Shown: positions 13,076-22,599, numbered from the whole stretch's first letter. The stretch is DNA of 63,761 bases, filler included, from Coriobacteriales bacterium (GCA_031263105.1; 6 parts of 6 records of this genome joined end to end with filler, not necessarily neighbours in it); one strand, 5' to 3'. The notes: generated by a model not told the origin, from the letters alone. A program made the numbers and translations.

Positions 13076-14570
13076 ATGGAACATGCGAGGGTCGTGTCGC
13101 GCAAGGGCCTCGTCGGCCTGCTGACGATTGCTCTGGCGCTCTCTCTGGGCGGGGCGTCTCTGGCGTTCGCCGCCGAGCCGGAGGCGGGGGCCGCCGACGA
13201 GGCGCAGAGCGGCGGCCTCTCGCTGCTCGCCCTCAAGAGCGGCAGCTGCGGCGTCAGCCTCACCTGGCAGTTCGACACCGCGACCGGCGCGCTCACCATA
13301 TCCGGCACCGGCGCGATGACCCGCTACGACACCGCATCGAAGCCGACGCCCTGGCAGGCGTGGCGCAAGGACATCAGAACGGTCGTCATCTCGGAGGGCG
13401 TCACCTCGATAGGGGACAACGCCTTCTATGGATGCACCGCGCTCTCCTCCGTCACCATCCCGCGCACCGTCACGGAGATCGGGTACTATGCCTTCTTCGG
13501 CTGCACCGCGCTCAAGGCGATCACGATCCCCAGCGGCGTCACCTCGATAGGGACCGCCGCCTTCTCGACCTGCACCGCGCTCTCCTCCATCACCATCCCG
13601 CGCAGCGTCAGGGAGATAGGGAACCATGCCTTCCAGGGCTGCCGCTCCCTCGTCTCTGCGTCCGTCCCCGGCACGGTGGCCTCGACGGGGGAGTACGCCT
13701 TCCTCGGCTGCACCTCGCTTGCCTCCGTCACGGTGGGCAACGGCGTAAGGACGATAGGGAGCTACGCCTTCTTCGGCTGCACCTCCCTTCCCTCCATCGC
13801 CCTCCCGGTCAGCGTCACCTCGATAGGCGACCATGCCTTCGAGTACTGCACCTCCTTCACCTCCTTCACCATCCCCAGCAGGGTCACCTCGATAGGGGAC
13901 TTCATCTTCTCCGGCTGCTCTTTCTTGGAGACGGTCGACGTCCCCGCCTCCGTCAGGTCGATAGGCCCCTTCGCCTTCTACTACTGCACCTCCCTCACCT
14001 CGCTCGACATCCCCAAAGGGGTCAGGTCGATAGAGGCGTCTACCTTCCGTGCCTGCACCTCGCTTGCCTCGGTCACCATCCCGAACACGGTCACGACGAT
14101 TAAGATCGACGCCTTCTCCCATTGCACGTCCCTCACCTCCGTCGACCTGCCGAGCAGCGTCACCTCGCTGCAGGGCAACGCCTTCTACCGCTGCAGCACC
14201 CTCAAGTCCATCACCATCCCGGCTTCGGTGAAGTCGATAGGGAAGGACGCCTTCTACCTCTGCGAGGAGCTCACCATCACCGGTGCGGCCAACTCGGCGG
14301 CGTCCCGGTATGCGGCCGGCGCCAGGCCCAAGATACGCTTTGCGACGATGAGCACCCAGGTCTGCACCGTGAAGTTCGATGCCAACGGCGGCACGGTGGG
14401 CGCGTCCAAGGCCGCGAGCGTCAAGCGCAACAAAGGCGCTGCGCTCGGCAAGCTCCCGGTGGCCAAGCGCACCGGCTACACCTTCCTCGGCTGGTACACC
14501 GGCAAGGCGAAGGGCTCGAAGGTCGCCGCCACCACGAAGGTGCCGAAGGACCTCGTCCTCTACGCCCGCT
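13076..14570 (+). CDS. BspA-like leucine-rich-repeat surface protein with an InlB B-repeat (3' truncated by contig end)
   Basis: Signal peptide, ~13 TpLRR repeats (IPxSVTSIGxxAFxGCTSL), then FDANGG...RTGYTFLGWYT. Confidence 0.9.
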
Positions 14571-14670
14571 NNNNNNNNNNNNNNNNNNNNNNNNNNNNNN
14601 NNNNNNNNNNNNNNTTAATTAATTAANNNNNNNNNNNNNNNNNNNNNNNNNNNNNNNNNNNNNNNNNNNN
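14571..14670. other. Artificial contig linker
   Basis: N44-TTAATTAATTAA-N44, with stops in all six frames. Confidence 0.98.
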
Positions 14671-14941
14671 TGGGGGCTTCTCCCTCCAGGGAGAGCGGCC
14701 CCGTTGCGCTCTCGTCCTCTTCTGCTGCTGGCAGGGCTTCTTGGGCCAAGGCCTCGGTGGCATCGGGAGACAGAAGGGCGCCCCAGCTGCCAAAGGTCGT
14801 TATGGCGAGCAGGCTCGCAAGGACAAGCGAGGTCGCTTGTGTCCACAGGCTTTTCGTTCTCTTTCCGTGCCGTGCCCTTGGCCTGCGGCTTGACAAGCCG
14901 TCGGCAGTGTCTGCGCTTGATATGAGTCGTTTGCCCCTCAT
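14671..14941 (-). CDS. N-terminus of a secreted/surface protein (truncated by contig end)
   Basis: Basic N-region, hydrophobic stretch and ALA cleavage-like site; AAGGAG RBS. Confidence 0.55.
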
Positions 14942-15086
14942 GTCCGCTCCCTTATGTGATTGATTGCCCAAACGGGCCTCAGTTCCTCATTACACGGCAT
15001 TTAGCATAGCAGACCTGCAAGATGCTGGGAATAGGGATAGGGACGAATTCGACCTGAACTTAAGCGAATTCGAACCGACGGTTCCT

Positions 15087-16931
15087 CTATTCCACCAAAA
15101 GCGGGGCGAAGGAGAAGGCGATGCAGTCCACGAGGCCTCGGTTGGTCAGGCGCAGCTCAGGGAGGCAGGCGAGGGGGATCAGGGCCATCGTCATGAAGGG
15201 CGACGCCATGGTGCAGCCCATGGCCTTCCAGGCGCCTTCCAGCCCTGCGACCCTCTCGGCCATCTCGGCTGCCGAGAGGTCGTCCATCAGGCCGGCGATG
15301 GGCAGGGCGACGTGTCCGAGCACCCTGCCGTCCTGCACGGCGACCATGCCGCCGCCGCTTGCTGTCAGCGTGTTGGCCGCAAGCGCCATGTCGGCGTCGC
15401 TGGAGCCGACCACCAGCAGGTTATGCGCGTCATGGGCGACGGTCGAGGCCAGCGCCCCCTGCTTGATGCCGAAGCCCTTGACGAAGCCGAAGCCGAAGCT
15501 GCCGGTGCCGTGGTGCCGCTCGAAGACGAAGGCCTTGAGCGTGTCCTGGCCGGGGTCGGCCTCGATGCGGCCGTCCGCGACGGGAAGCTCGACGTGGCGC
15601 TCGAAGGTGCCCACCCGCTCGGGGACGACCTCGATGACGCGGACGAGCGCTGTGGAGGGCGTGGGCGTGACGGGTGCGGCTCCCGCATCGGCCCTCGCTC
15701 CCCCCGCCGCAACCGCCGGCACCGCGAAGGTCGCGGGGGTGATCTGCGTGCCCACGTGCATGGAGTGGGTCACCCACTCGGGATACTCGTAAGGCGCGAG
15801 CTCGAAGCTCAGGCGACCGTCGCGGGCGACCTCGCTGCCGTCGATGAAGACCCGCGTGACCTCGAAGTCGTCGAGGTCGGCCAGCAGCACGAGGTCGGCG
15901 CATTTGCCTGGGGTCACCGAGCCGAGCTCATGGTCCATGCGGAAGCAGGTCGCCGTGTTGAGGGTCACCATCTGCAGGGCGGTGATGGGGTCGATGCCCT
16001 CCGCGACGGCCCGGCGCAGGATATGGTCGAGGTGCCCCTCGGCCACCAGGGTGTGGGGATGCGTGTCGTCGCTGATCAGGCAGGCAAAGCGGGTGTCGAT
16101 CTCGCCGGATGCGATGACAGGCGCCAGCTGCGCGAGGTCGCGCCAGGCGGAGCCCTCGCGCAGCATCGCGTACATCCCCAGGCGCATCTTTGCGAGCGCG
16201 TCCTCGGCGCGTGTGGACTCGTGGCAGCAGCGGATGCCGCTGGCGACGTAGGCGTTGAGCCCCCGGTCGGTCTCGGGGACGGAGTAGTGGCCGGTGACCA
16301 CCTTGTCGGCCTTCAGGGTCTCGGCGCACTCGTCGTGAGCGTCGGGCGCTCCGGCGAGGATGCCGGGGAAGTTCATCATCTCCCCCAGGCCGACGACGCT
16401 CTCCCATTCCATGGTCTTGCGGACGTCCTCGGGCCCTATGGAGGCGCCGGTGTCCTCGAAGCCCGGCACCGCCGGCACACAGGAGGGCGTGGTGATCATC
16501 GTCTTCAGCGGCGTGCGGCGGCTGTCGGCCTCCATCACCTTCACGCCCGGCAGGCCGAGCACGTTGCAGATCTCATGGGGGTCCATATAGATGCCCACCG
16601 TGCCGTGGGGAATGACCGCCCGCGCGTACTCGCCCACCCCGAGCATCGAGCTCTCCACATGGATATGGCCGTCGAGGAAGCCGGGGGAGAGGAACTGCCC
16701 GTCCGCCTCCGCGACCTCGGTGCCCTCGCCGATGCAGTGCGCGGCATCGCCCACATACGCGATGCGGCCGCCCCAGAGGGCGACGTCGGTGCCCTCCTGC
16801 AGCTCCCCGGTGCAGACGTTCACGAGCGTGGCGTTGCGAATGACGGTCTTGGCGGGCAGCCTGCCCTGCGCGACTGCGGCAAGCGAGGGCGCGGCCTCCC
16901 AGAGCGGCATCTTGCAGAATATGTTGAGCAT
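15087..16931 (-). CDS. ade: Adenine deaminase
   Basis: PGFLDGHIHVESSM, DPHEICNVLG, GLGEMMNFPG, ASTVAHDAHN. Confidence 0.96.
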   Translation of the reverse strand: MLNIFCKMPLWEAAPSLAAVAQGRLPAKTVIRNATLVNVCTGELQEGTDVALWGGRIAYVGDAAHCIGEGTEVAEADGQFLSPGFLDGHIHVESSMLGVGEYARAVIPHGTVGIYMDPHEICNVLGLPGVKVMEADSRRTPLKTMITTPSCVPAVPGFEDTGASIGPEDVRKTMEWESVVGLGEMMNFPGILAGAPDAHDECAETLKADKVVTGHYSVPETDRGLNAYVASGIRCCHESTRAEDALAKMRLGMYAMLREGSAWRDLAQLAPVIASGEIDTRFACLISDDTHPHTLVAEGHLDHILRRAVAEGIDPITALQMVTLNTATCFRMDHELGSVTPGKCADLVLLADLDDFEVTRVFIDGSEVARDGRLSFELAPYEYPEWVTHSMHVGTQITPATFAVPAVAAGGARADAGAAPVTPTPSTALVRVIEVVPERVGTFERHVELPVADGRIEADPGQDTLKAFVFERHHGTGSFGFGFVKGFGIKQGALASTVAHDAHNLLVVGSSDADMALAANTLTASGGGMVAVQDGRVLGHVALPIAGLMDDLSAAEMAERVAGLEGAWKAMGCTMASPFMTMALIPLACLPELRLTNRGLVDCIAFSFAPLLVE

Positions 16932-16945
16932 GGCGTCTCCAATCT

Positions 16946-18079
16946 CTAGAACAGGGGGCCGGGGCGGCGGCCGCTGGCGCCCCCTTCCTGTCCCGCTCCT
17001 TTGGCTGTGAGCAGGGCGTGTGCGAACTCGACCCAGCCGTCGGCGGTGGAGCCCTCGGTGTAGAGGGTCGCCGCTGCGGGTTCCGCCCTTCCGGGCCCTG
17101 TTTCCGCCACCGCCTCCGTCGCGGTTGCCCCGCCCCGCCCCGCCTGTTGCTCCGCTCGCTCCGCTCGCTCCGCTCGGGCGCGGAGGGCCTCCTGCACGGC
17201 GGCGGAGGGCAGGGCGTTGGCGAGAACGACGAGCGAGCCGGTGTGCTCGCCCATCTCCATGTCGGCGCGCGCGTCCCCGATGGCGAGCGTGCGCTCGGGC
17301 GCAAGGCCGCGCAGGGCGATGTCGTGGGCGACGGCGAGGGCCTTCGAGGCGCCGCGCGGCATGAGGTGGTAGATATGTATCTCAGGACAGTCGACGAGCG
17401 TGTGCGTCTGGGGGTGTATCTGCCCGTTGTCCAGCAGCGTCAACGGGAGGGCCTCGTCTGCCAGAAGGCGCACGACCTTCTCCCCATCCACGTTGCCGCG
17501 CAAAGGGTGCGTGACCATGCGCTCGCCGGGGTAGGGGCGGTGCACCTCGAGCCTGCCGGGGAAGGCGGCGGTCAGCCGGTCGAGGACACCGCTGCGTTCG
17601 ATGAGCTGGTAGGGGGTCACGCCCTCGGGCAGCACGCCGGGCGCCAGGCCGCTGTCGAGCACAGCGTGCTCCCAGTCGCCCAGCTCGTAGGAGATGCGGG
17701 CCTTGGCCCCGAAGCCGTCCATGCGCAGGCAGCCGAGCTCGCCGATGAAGGTGTCGAGGTCGAGTATGCGCAGCAGCTCGTTGCCTTGCATGCCGTTGCG
17801 CCCTGTGACGATGATCACCTCGATGCCAGTGCGCTTGCAGGCTACCAGCGCCTCGGCCGTCGCGGTGGAGGGCTCGCCCGCATGGCTGGCAAGCAGCCTG
17901 CCGCCGGGGGCGAACAGCGTCCCGTCGAGGTCGGTGTAGACGTGGGTGACGCCCTCAAGGCACGCCCGCGCCTCGGGCGAGCCCACAGGGATGAGGGGGA
18001 GCGTGGAGAGGGTCAGGCCGGTGGGGTCGGCCTGACCTGCAGAGGCGGGCAGATTCGCGGGGCTGGGATGTTGGGCCAT
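16946..18079 (-). CDS. HAD-superfamily hydrolase
   Basis: YTDLDGTL motif I, VTGR, SKA and IGDARAD motifs. Confidence 0.85.
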   Translation of the reverse strand: MAQHPSPANLPASAGQADPTGLTLSTLPLIPVGSPEARACLEGVTHVYTDLDGTLFAPGGRLLASHAGEPSTATAEALVACKRTGIEVIIVTGRNGMQGNELLRILDLDTFIGELGCLRMDGFGAKARISYELGDWEHAVLDSGLAPGVLPEGVTPYQLIERSGVLDRLTAAFPGRLEVHRPYPGERMVTHPLRGNVDGEKVVRLLADEALPLTLLDNGQIHPQTHTLVDCPEIHIYHLMPRGASKALAVAHDIALRGLAPERTLAIGDARADMEMGEHTGSLVVLANALPSAAVQEALRARAERAERAEQQAGRGGATATEAVAETGPGRAEPAAATLYTEGSTADGWVEFAHALLTAKGAGQEGGASGRRPGPLF

Positions 18080-18149
18080 TCGCTTCCTCGTCATATCCGG
18101 GGTGCTCTCCGCACCATTCATAGGTGCTGAAGCCGACCCGCATATTGTA

Positions 18150-18207
18150 TAGCAACCGGCCGTCAGACACGTTGCTGAGAACGTTGTCTCAAGTAGCAAA
18201 ACAAATT
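18150..18207 (+). repeat. Imperfect direct repeat, left copy (possible att-like site)
   Basis: TAGCAAC..AGACACGTTGCTGAGAACGTTGTCTCAAGTAGCAAAACAAATT matches 22600-22658. Confidence 0.75.
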
Positions 18208-18230
18208 ACGTGCTCACACCCCACTGTCAT

Positions 18231-18892
18231 TGCCATAAAGAAACCACAGGCTCTGCCTGTGGAGTAACAGGGGTTTACCATAAAGCAAAGTCTTCTGTCC
18301 TAAGATGTATCTGCGATGGTTTGGTCACAGACAGAAAGGACAGAAGACGATGCCGGAATCGAGTCTAGCACACACTGTGTGGGACTGTACCTATCACGTC
18401 GTGTGGACACCGAAGTACAGAAGGCGTGTCCTGTTCGGACAGTGCAGGAGACAACTGACAGACATCTTGAGGGAGTTGGCGGACAAAAAGCCCGGTGTCG
18501 AGATAGTGCAGGGCGCCATGTGTCCCGACCACGTGCACCTCTGCTTGAGGATACCGCCAAAATACTCGGTCTCGAACATCATGGGGTACCTGAAGGGCAA
18601 AAGCGCGATGGAGCTTGCGCAGCGCATACCCGAGCAGCGCAGGAACCGCGAGAAGGAGAAGTCGTTTTGGGCGAGAGGCTGCTACGTGAGCACGGTCGGC
18701 ATGAACGAGGCCGTGATCAGGAAGCACATCAGACAGCAGCAGAAGGCCGACATGATGGAGTAGGGCTGCTCGGACATGCCCCCTTTGGGGGCGGCTGGTA
18801 TACGATGCACCGAACCATCGCGGCTTTGCCGCCGCCGGTAAAGGCACTTCAGTGCCCGTTCAAAGCCCCCGGCTATGCCGGGGGATCATTAC
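18231..18892 (+). mobile_element. IS200/IS605-family element (tnpA only)
   Basis: Subterminal hairpins CCACAGGC-TCT-GCCTGTGG (18244-18262) and CCCCCGGC-TAT-GCCGGGGG (18866-18884); no TSD; precise removal restores CTGTCATTCCGAGC. Confidence 0.9.
18350..18763 (+). CDS. tnpA: IS200-type Y1 transposase TnpA (catalytic Tyr apparently mutated)
   Basis: YHVVWTPKYRR, HUH motif DHVHL, PPKYSVS..GYLKGKS, FWARGCYVSTVG, and IRKHIRQQ where Y-x-x-x-Q is expected. Confidence 0.93.
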   Translation: MPESSLAHTVWDCTYHVVWTPKYRRRVLFGQCRRQLTDILRELADKKPGVEIVQGAMCPDHVHLCLRIPPKYSVSNIMGYLKGKSAMELAQRIPEQRRNREKEKSFWARGCYVSTVGMNEAVIRKHIRQQQKADMME

Positions 18893-19157
18893 TCCGAGCC
18901 CCGCCGAGGAATCCTTGGACACGCAGTGTCCAACGGCAGGTCGGGAGGCCCTTCGACCTGCGGTCGACCGCTGGCGCGGTCGAGGATTCCTCGGCGGGCT
19001 CGGAATGACAGTGAGGCCCGGGATGGCAGTGGGACCCGGGATGCCAGTGGGGTATCCGTGGGGGTGTGAATCGTAACCCCCAAGACACCATGTACCAATA
19101 CACCATACGAGAATCGAGGGGGTCGATGCGGGTATATTCAACAACCTATGCTCCGCA

Positions 19158-19328
19158 TTAACAACTATTGGTTGTCTTTTCGTAGACAGCAGCCGCTATA
19201 CAGCGAATCTCGAAGCAGAGCGCCCTCTCGATACCAAGAAGCTCGTCTTCGGTACCAGCCCGAGACAGCAACTTGTTGGCTGCCCTGAGAACATCCCAAA
19301 ATGCTTCGTTATCGACCCAGTCTGACAT
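19158..19328 (-). CDS. Small hypothetical protein (56 aa)
   Basis: AAGGA RBS before MSDWVDNEAFW; divergent from the XRE gene. Confidence 0.45.
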   Translation of the reverse strand: MSDWVDNEAFWDVLRAANKLLSRAGTEDELLGIERALCFEIRCIAAAVYEKTTNSC

Positions 19329-19420
19329 CTGTTCTTCCTTTGCCAAAATACGGAAGCAATCTTCGATATGTGAGTTATATCCTGACATGCTGCTCTGAAC
19401 ATTATATAAGCTTTCCTGAT

Positions 19421-19630
19421 ATGGATACCAAAAAAATGCTTGGCAATCACATAAAGCAGTTGCGAATCGAGCGGAAGATGTCACAAAGGCAGTTCGCCCT
19501 TATGATAGGCATGGATCGGACATTCCTGAGCACGATTGAAAGCGGTCGCCAGAACGTCTCGATCGACACCCTCGAAAGAATCGTCAAGGGGCTGGACATA
19601 ACGGTGGTCGACCTGTTCAAGACCCTGTGA
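19421..19630 (+). CDS. XRE-family HTH regulator (69 aa)
   Basis: LGNHIKQLR...MSQRQFA...DRTFLSTIESGRQNVSIDTLERI. Confidence 0.9.
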   Translation: MDTKKMLGNHIKQLRIERKMSQRQFALMIGMDRTFLSTIESGRQNVSIDTLERIVKGLDITVVDLFKTL

Positions 19631-19639
19631 ACGTCTGCC

Positions 19640-20440
19640 TCATCCCATCATGTTCTTATGAGCCATGCGTCTCTCATCCTTCAGGGACCGGATCAGGCTT
19701 TTCTGAAGCAGCGAGATCAGTTTTTCCTTATTGCCTTTTCGCCATGCGATGCAGACAGGAACAGTGATCCGTTCGTCCTGATTGAGAGAGATGAGGTCTA
19801 CGTTGGCATATAAGTCGCTAAACGAGGACTCACGTTGCGAGGGCTCGTGTAATACGAAAACGACACCACTCTCCTCTTTGAGGAAACGGCCGCAGCTTTC
19901 GATGAAAGGCGGCAGATCGACGAAGCAGGGAGAGAAGTTGATCCTTTCGAACTGGGCCACTATTGCCTGATAGCAGCAACGAAGGTCATGGGGCTTTGCA
20001 ATGGGATAGCTCACCACGTCGCTTAGCGGAACGCAGCATCGCTTTGCCAAAGGGTGCAGCTTGTCCACGGCAATCCGCAGCTCGCTCTCAAAGAGCTTGA
20101 TGCAGGTGAACTGCTCCATCTTCACCCGCCCAAGGACAATCGAGACATCGACGACATCCTCGTAGAGGGCGGAAAGCCCTGCGCCGCTGGAACTGTAGAT
20201 AAGCTCCAGCTTAATGCCAGGGTACCGCCTTGCGAGCTTGTCGAGCAGTGCTCTCGAGATGATGCTGCCCTCATAGGGTGACGAGGCGATAGCGATACGC
20301 AGCGACCCAAAGGCACCCGTCTCGCTGTCGCAGCCCAACGCGTCCGCATACCGCTTGAGATCCTCGCAGCCCTGGATTATCTCCGTGGCCTTCGTGGCCA
20401 ACAGCGCCCCGTCAGACGTCGCTTCGATCCCCCTGCCCAC
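19640..20440 (-). pseudogene. LysR-family regulator lacking its N-terminal HTH
   Basis: Starts at RVGRGIEATSDG (end of the LysR wing), followed by the substrate-binding domain; upstream sequence is replaced by a MITE half. Confidence 0.8.
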
Positions 20441-20441
20441 T

Positions 20442-20483
20442 CTCGGCGGAGCTCGGAATGACAGTGGGGGTGTGAACAGTGAC
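20442..20483. mobile_element. MITE copy 5 (right arm only)
   Basis: CTCGGCGGAGCTCGGAATGACAGTGGGGGTGTGAACAGTGAC. Confidence 0.85.
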
Positions 20484-20607
20484 TATTCGCTTCCTCGGCA
20501 TGCCTAGGACGCTTGAGGTTAAATCGAAAACGCCCTAGACTACCCATATTCAAAGAACTGCCGACTACGTTTAAGAAGTACGTTCCGATGAAGAAAGCCC
20601 AGGCACA

Positions 20608-21500
20608 GTGAGCGCAGCCGAGATTGTCATAAGCGTACAAAACGTAACAAAGAGCTACGGTGGCTTTATCTTGGGTCCCATCAGCCTTTCGGTGAAACGA
20701 GGGGAGATAATGGGGCTTGTTGGAGAAAACGGCGCAGGCAAAACTACGTTATTGAGCATTATTCTAAACAGGCGTCTGCCTACGAGTGGAGCCGTGCTGA
20801 TCGAGGGCGCTCCTGTTCAGGCTGCCTTAGGGCGCATGGGATTTGTCATGGACTGCCATGACTATCACGGCAATTTTTCTCTTCAGGAGATCGACTCCTA
20901 TATTGACGCCATCTACCGCGATTGGAACCGTGCAGCGTTTCACGACCTGATAGAGCGCCTCCATATCGAAACGAGCAAAAAATCGTTACACGTCACACCC
21001 CCACTGTCATTCCGAGCTCCGCCGAGGAATCTTTGGACACGCAGTGTCCAACGGCAGGTCAGGGGGCCCTTCGACCTGCGGTCGACCGCTGGCGCGGTCG
21101 AGGATTCCTCGACAGGCTCGGAATGACAGTGGGGTGTGACGTGTAACAAAAAATCGACGAAATGTCACGTGGAACAAAATCCAAGGCGATGCTTGCCATT
21201 GCGCTTGTCCATAGTCCGAGCATTCTCGTCCTTGACGAAGTCACTTCTGGGCTCGATCCGTCTGTGCGTCGCGAAGTATTGGACTTGTTGCAAGACAAGG
21301 CGCACGACGAGAAAACGACAATCCTCTTTTCAACGCATCTTCCAAATGACATTGAGAAGATTGCCGACAGCGTCTGCTTTCTCAATAAGGGGCAAGAGTT
21401 GTTCAATCTGCCAATCGGACAGCTACAAGGACTGTACCGGCAGTACCGTTCGGACGATCTTGACGACCTTGTCTTTGCTCTTATGAACAAAGAAGTGTGA
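20608..21500 (+). pseudogene. ABC transporter ATP-binding subunit interrupted by a MITE
   Basis: Walker A GENGAGKTT lies before the insertion; signature MSRG, Walker B ILVLDE and STH loop lie after it. Confidence 0.9.
20985..21147. mobile_element. MITE copy 6
   Basis: GTTACACGTCACACC...GGTGTGACGTGTAAC; perfect TSD AAAAAATC (20977-20984 / 21148-21155). Confidence 0.97.
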
Positions 21501-21504
21501 CAAG

Positions 21505-22149
21505 GTGCCGGGACTCATAAAAAAGGACGTGCTGCTTCTCAAGAAGACAGTGAGCTGGCAGTACCTCCTCCCTATAGTTATATTTGCTGTCAGTTGCTTC
21601 CACAACCCGAGCTTGCTTGCCATGCTTTTGGCCATAGGCGTCTTCTTTATAATGAACACGCTGGCCGTTTCCACGCTCACCCTCGATTTTCAATACAAAT
21701 GGGAAGTGACGGTGAGGTCTCTCCCCCTTGATCCCAAGCAAGTAATCGGGTCGAAATACCTCTTCGTATTGTTGATGACTATAGGCTCTTTAATAGCCGT
21801 TGCCGCGATTGAGGTAGTATTGTCTATGACGCTCGGTGTTTCATGGGAGACAGGTTTCCTTGCGGTCACAGTGGCACTGTCCTCCACGCTGCTGTATAGC
21901 GCCGTATTGCTTCCCGTGCTGTATCGCTACGGCCTCGTCAAACTGCAAGCTGCCATACTTGCGTACACTGCTCTCATGTTCTTGGTCATGATGCTCATTG
22001 ATCCTCAACGTTTTGCCGACGTGTCCCTCCAACTCTTCTCAAATGTGGGGCCCCTCTCTTTGGGGATTAGCGTCGCGTCGCTGGCGGTCTTTGGAGCTTC
22101 CTTCTTCCTCTCCGTAAAGGCGTCAGAGGCTGCTTTCAGGTTGTGGTGA
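21505..22149 (+). CDS. ABC-2 type transporter permease
   Basis: GLIKKD start, six hydrophobic segments, SLPL....VIGSKY motif; follows the ATPase. Confidence 0.85.
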   Translation: MPGLIKKDVLLLKKTVSWQYLLPIVIFAVSCFHNPSLLAMLLAIGVFFIMNTLAVSTLTLDFQYKWEVTVRSLPLDPKQVIGSKYLFVLLMTIGSLIAVAAIEVVLSMTLGVSWETGFLAVTVALSSTLLYSAVLLPVLYRYGLVKLQAAILAYTALMFLVMMLIDPQRFADVSLQLFSNVGPLSLGISVASLAVFGASFFLSVKASEAAFRLW

Positions 22150-22191
22150 CTCCGTCGAATCCCCTTGGCGCTCTATGCTAGACTACGTACC

Positions 22192-22413
22192 ATGAACATT
22201 GTAGAGCAGAGATACGATTTCCTTGTGGACATGAGGAGCCTCCCGGAGCTTGAGGGCGTCATGTTCGAACGCCTGCTCTATAAGAGCTATCGTCATAAGG
22301 GCTGGCTCTGCAACTACCTGTACGGAACCCTTGACATCGACAGCTTCAGTCCGAGCCAGCAGGCCGTCCTCATGCGCTGTGCCCGCGAGCTCTACGGACG
22401 CGACCTCCCATGA
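22192..22413 (+). CDS. Hypothetical protein (73 aa), translationally coupled to the next gene
   Basis: ATGA overlap with 22410; plausible codon usage. Confidence 0.55.
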   Translation: MNIVEQRYDFLVDMRSLPELEGVMFERLLYKSYRHKGWLCNYLYGTLDIDSFSPSQQAVLMRCARELYGRDLP

Positions 22414-22532
22414 CCGAGCAAGAGTCCAAGCAACTGCTGCTTGCCGCCCTCTCGTTCCTGGACGGCAAGCTCGCAGAGGCGGAAAGCAACTCTGTCGAGG
22501 TGCGTATCGTGGGCGGCTTTGCCCTGATCCTT
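22410..22532 (+). pseudogene. N-terminal fragment of a nucleotidyltransferase-like (AbiEii/DUF6036-like) protein
   Basis: LLAALSFLDGKL...EVRIVGGFALIL motif, then runs directly into MITE sequence. Confidence 0.55.
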
Positions 22533-22590
22533 CCGGGCGCTCGAACCCAAAGATTCCTCGGCTGCGCTCGGAATGACAGTAGGGGTGCGC
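22531..22590. mobile_element. MITE copy 7 (right half only)
   Basis: TTCCGGGCGCTCGAACCCAAAGATTCCTCGGCTGCGCTCGGAATGACAGTAGGGGTG, matching copies 9 and 3. Confidence 0.85.
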
Positions 22591-22599
22591 TGTCACACC

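Larger units (their letters stand above)
18205..19077. mobile_element. Palindromic MITE copy 4, split by an IS200-like element
   Basis: Left arm ...CCCCACTGTCAT ends at 18230 and resumes TCCGAGCCCCGCCGAGGAATCC at 18893; ends GTGTGAATCGTAAC. Confidence 0.88.

Noticed and set aside
13380..14260. Nucleotide-level repeats as a diversity-generating or shufflon cassette
   Set aside because: They are the 23-aa TpLRR coding repeats; no reverse transcriptase, recombinase or template repeat is present.
14571..14670. Repeated TTAATTAATTAA flanked by Ns (five times)
   Set aside because: Artificial contig linker, so ORFs ending in X..LIN and cross-linker gene neighbourhoods are artefacts.
18764..18892. 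TnpB/IscB or omega-RNA system downstream of tnpA
   Set aside because: No nuclease ORF; the right-end hairpin follows within ~100 bp.
20922..21149. Recurrent small ORFs such as [10 protein letters not shown]... and HCHSEP...
   Set aside because: Translations of the MITE in various frames; frame and start are not conserved across copies.
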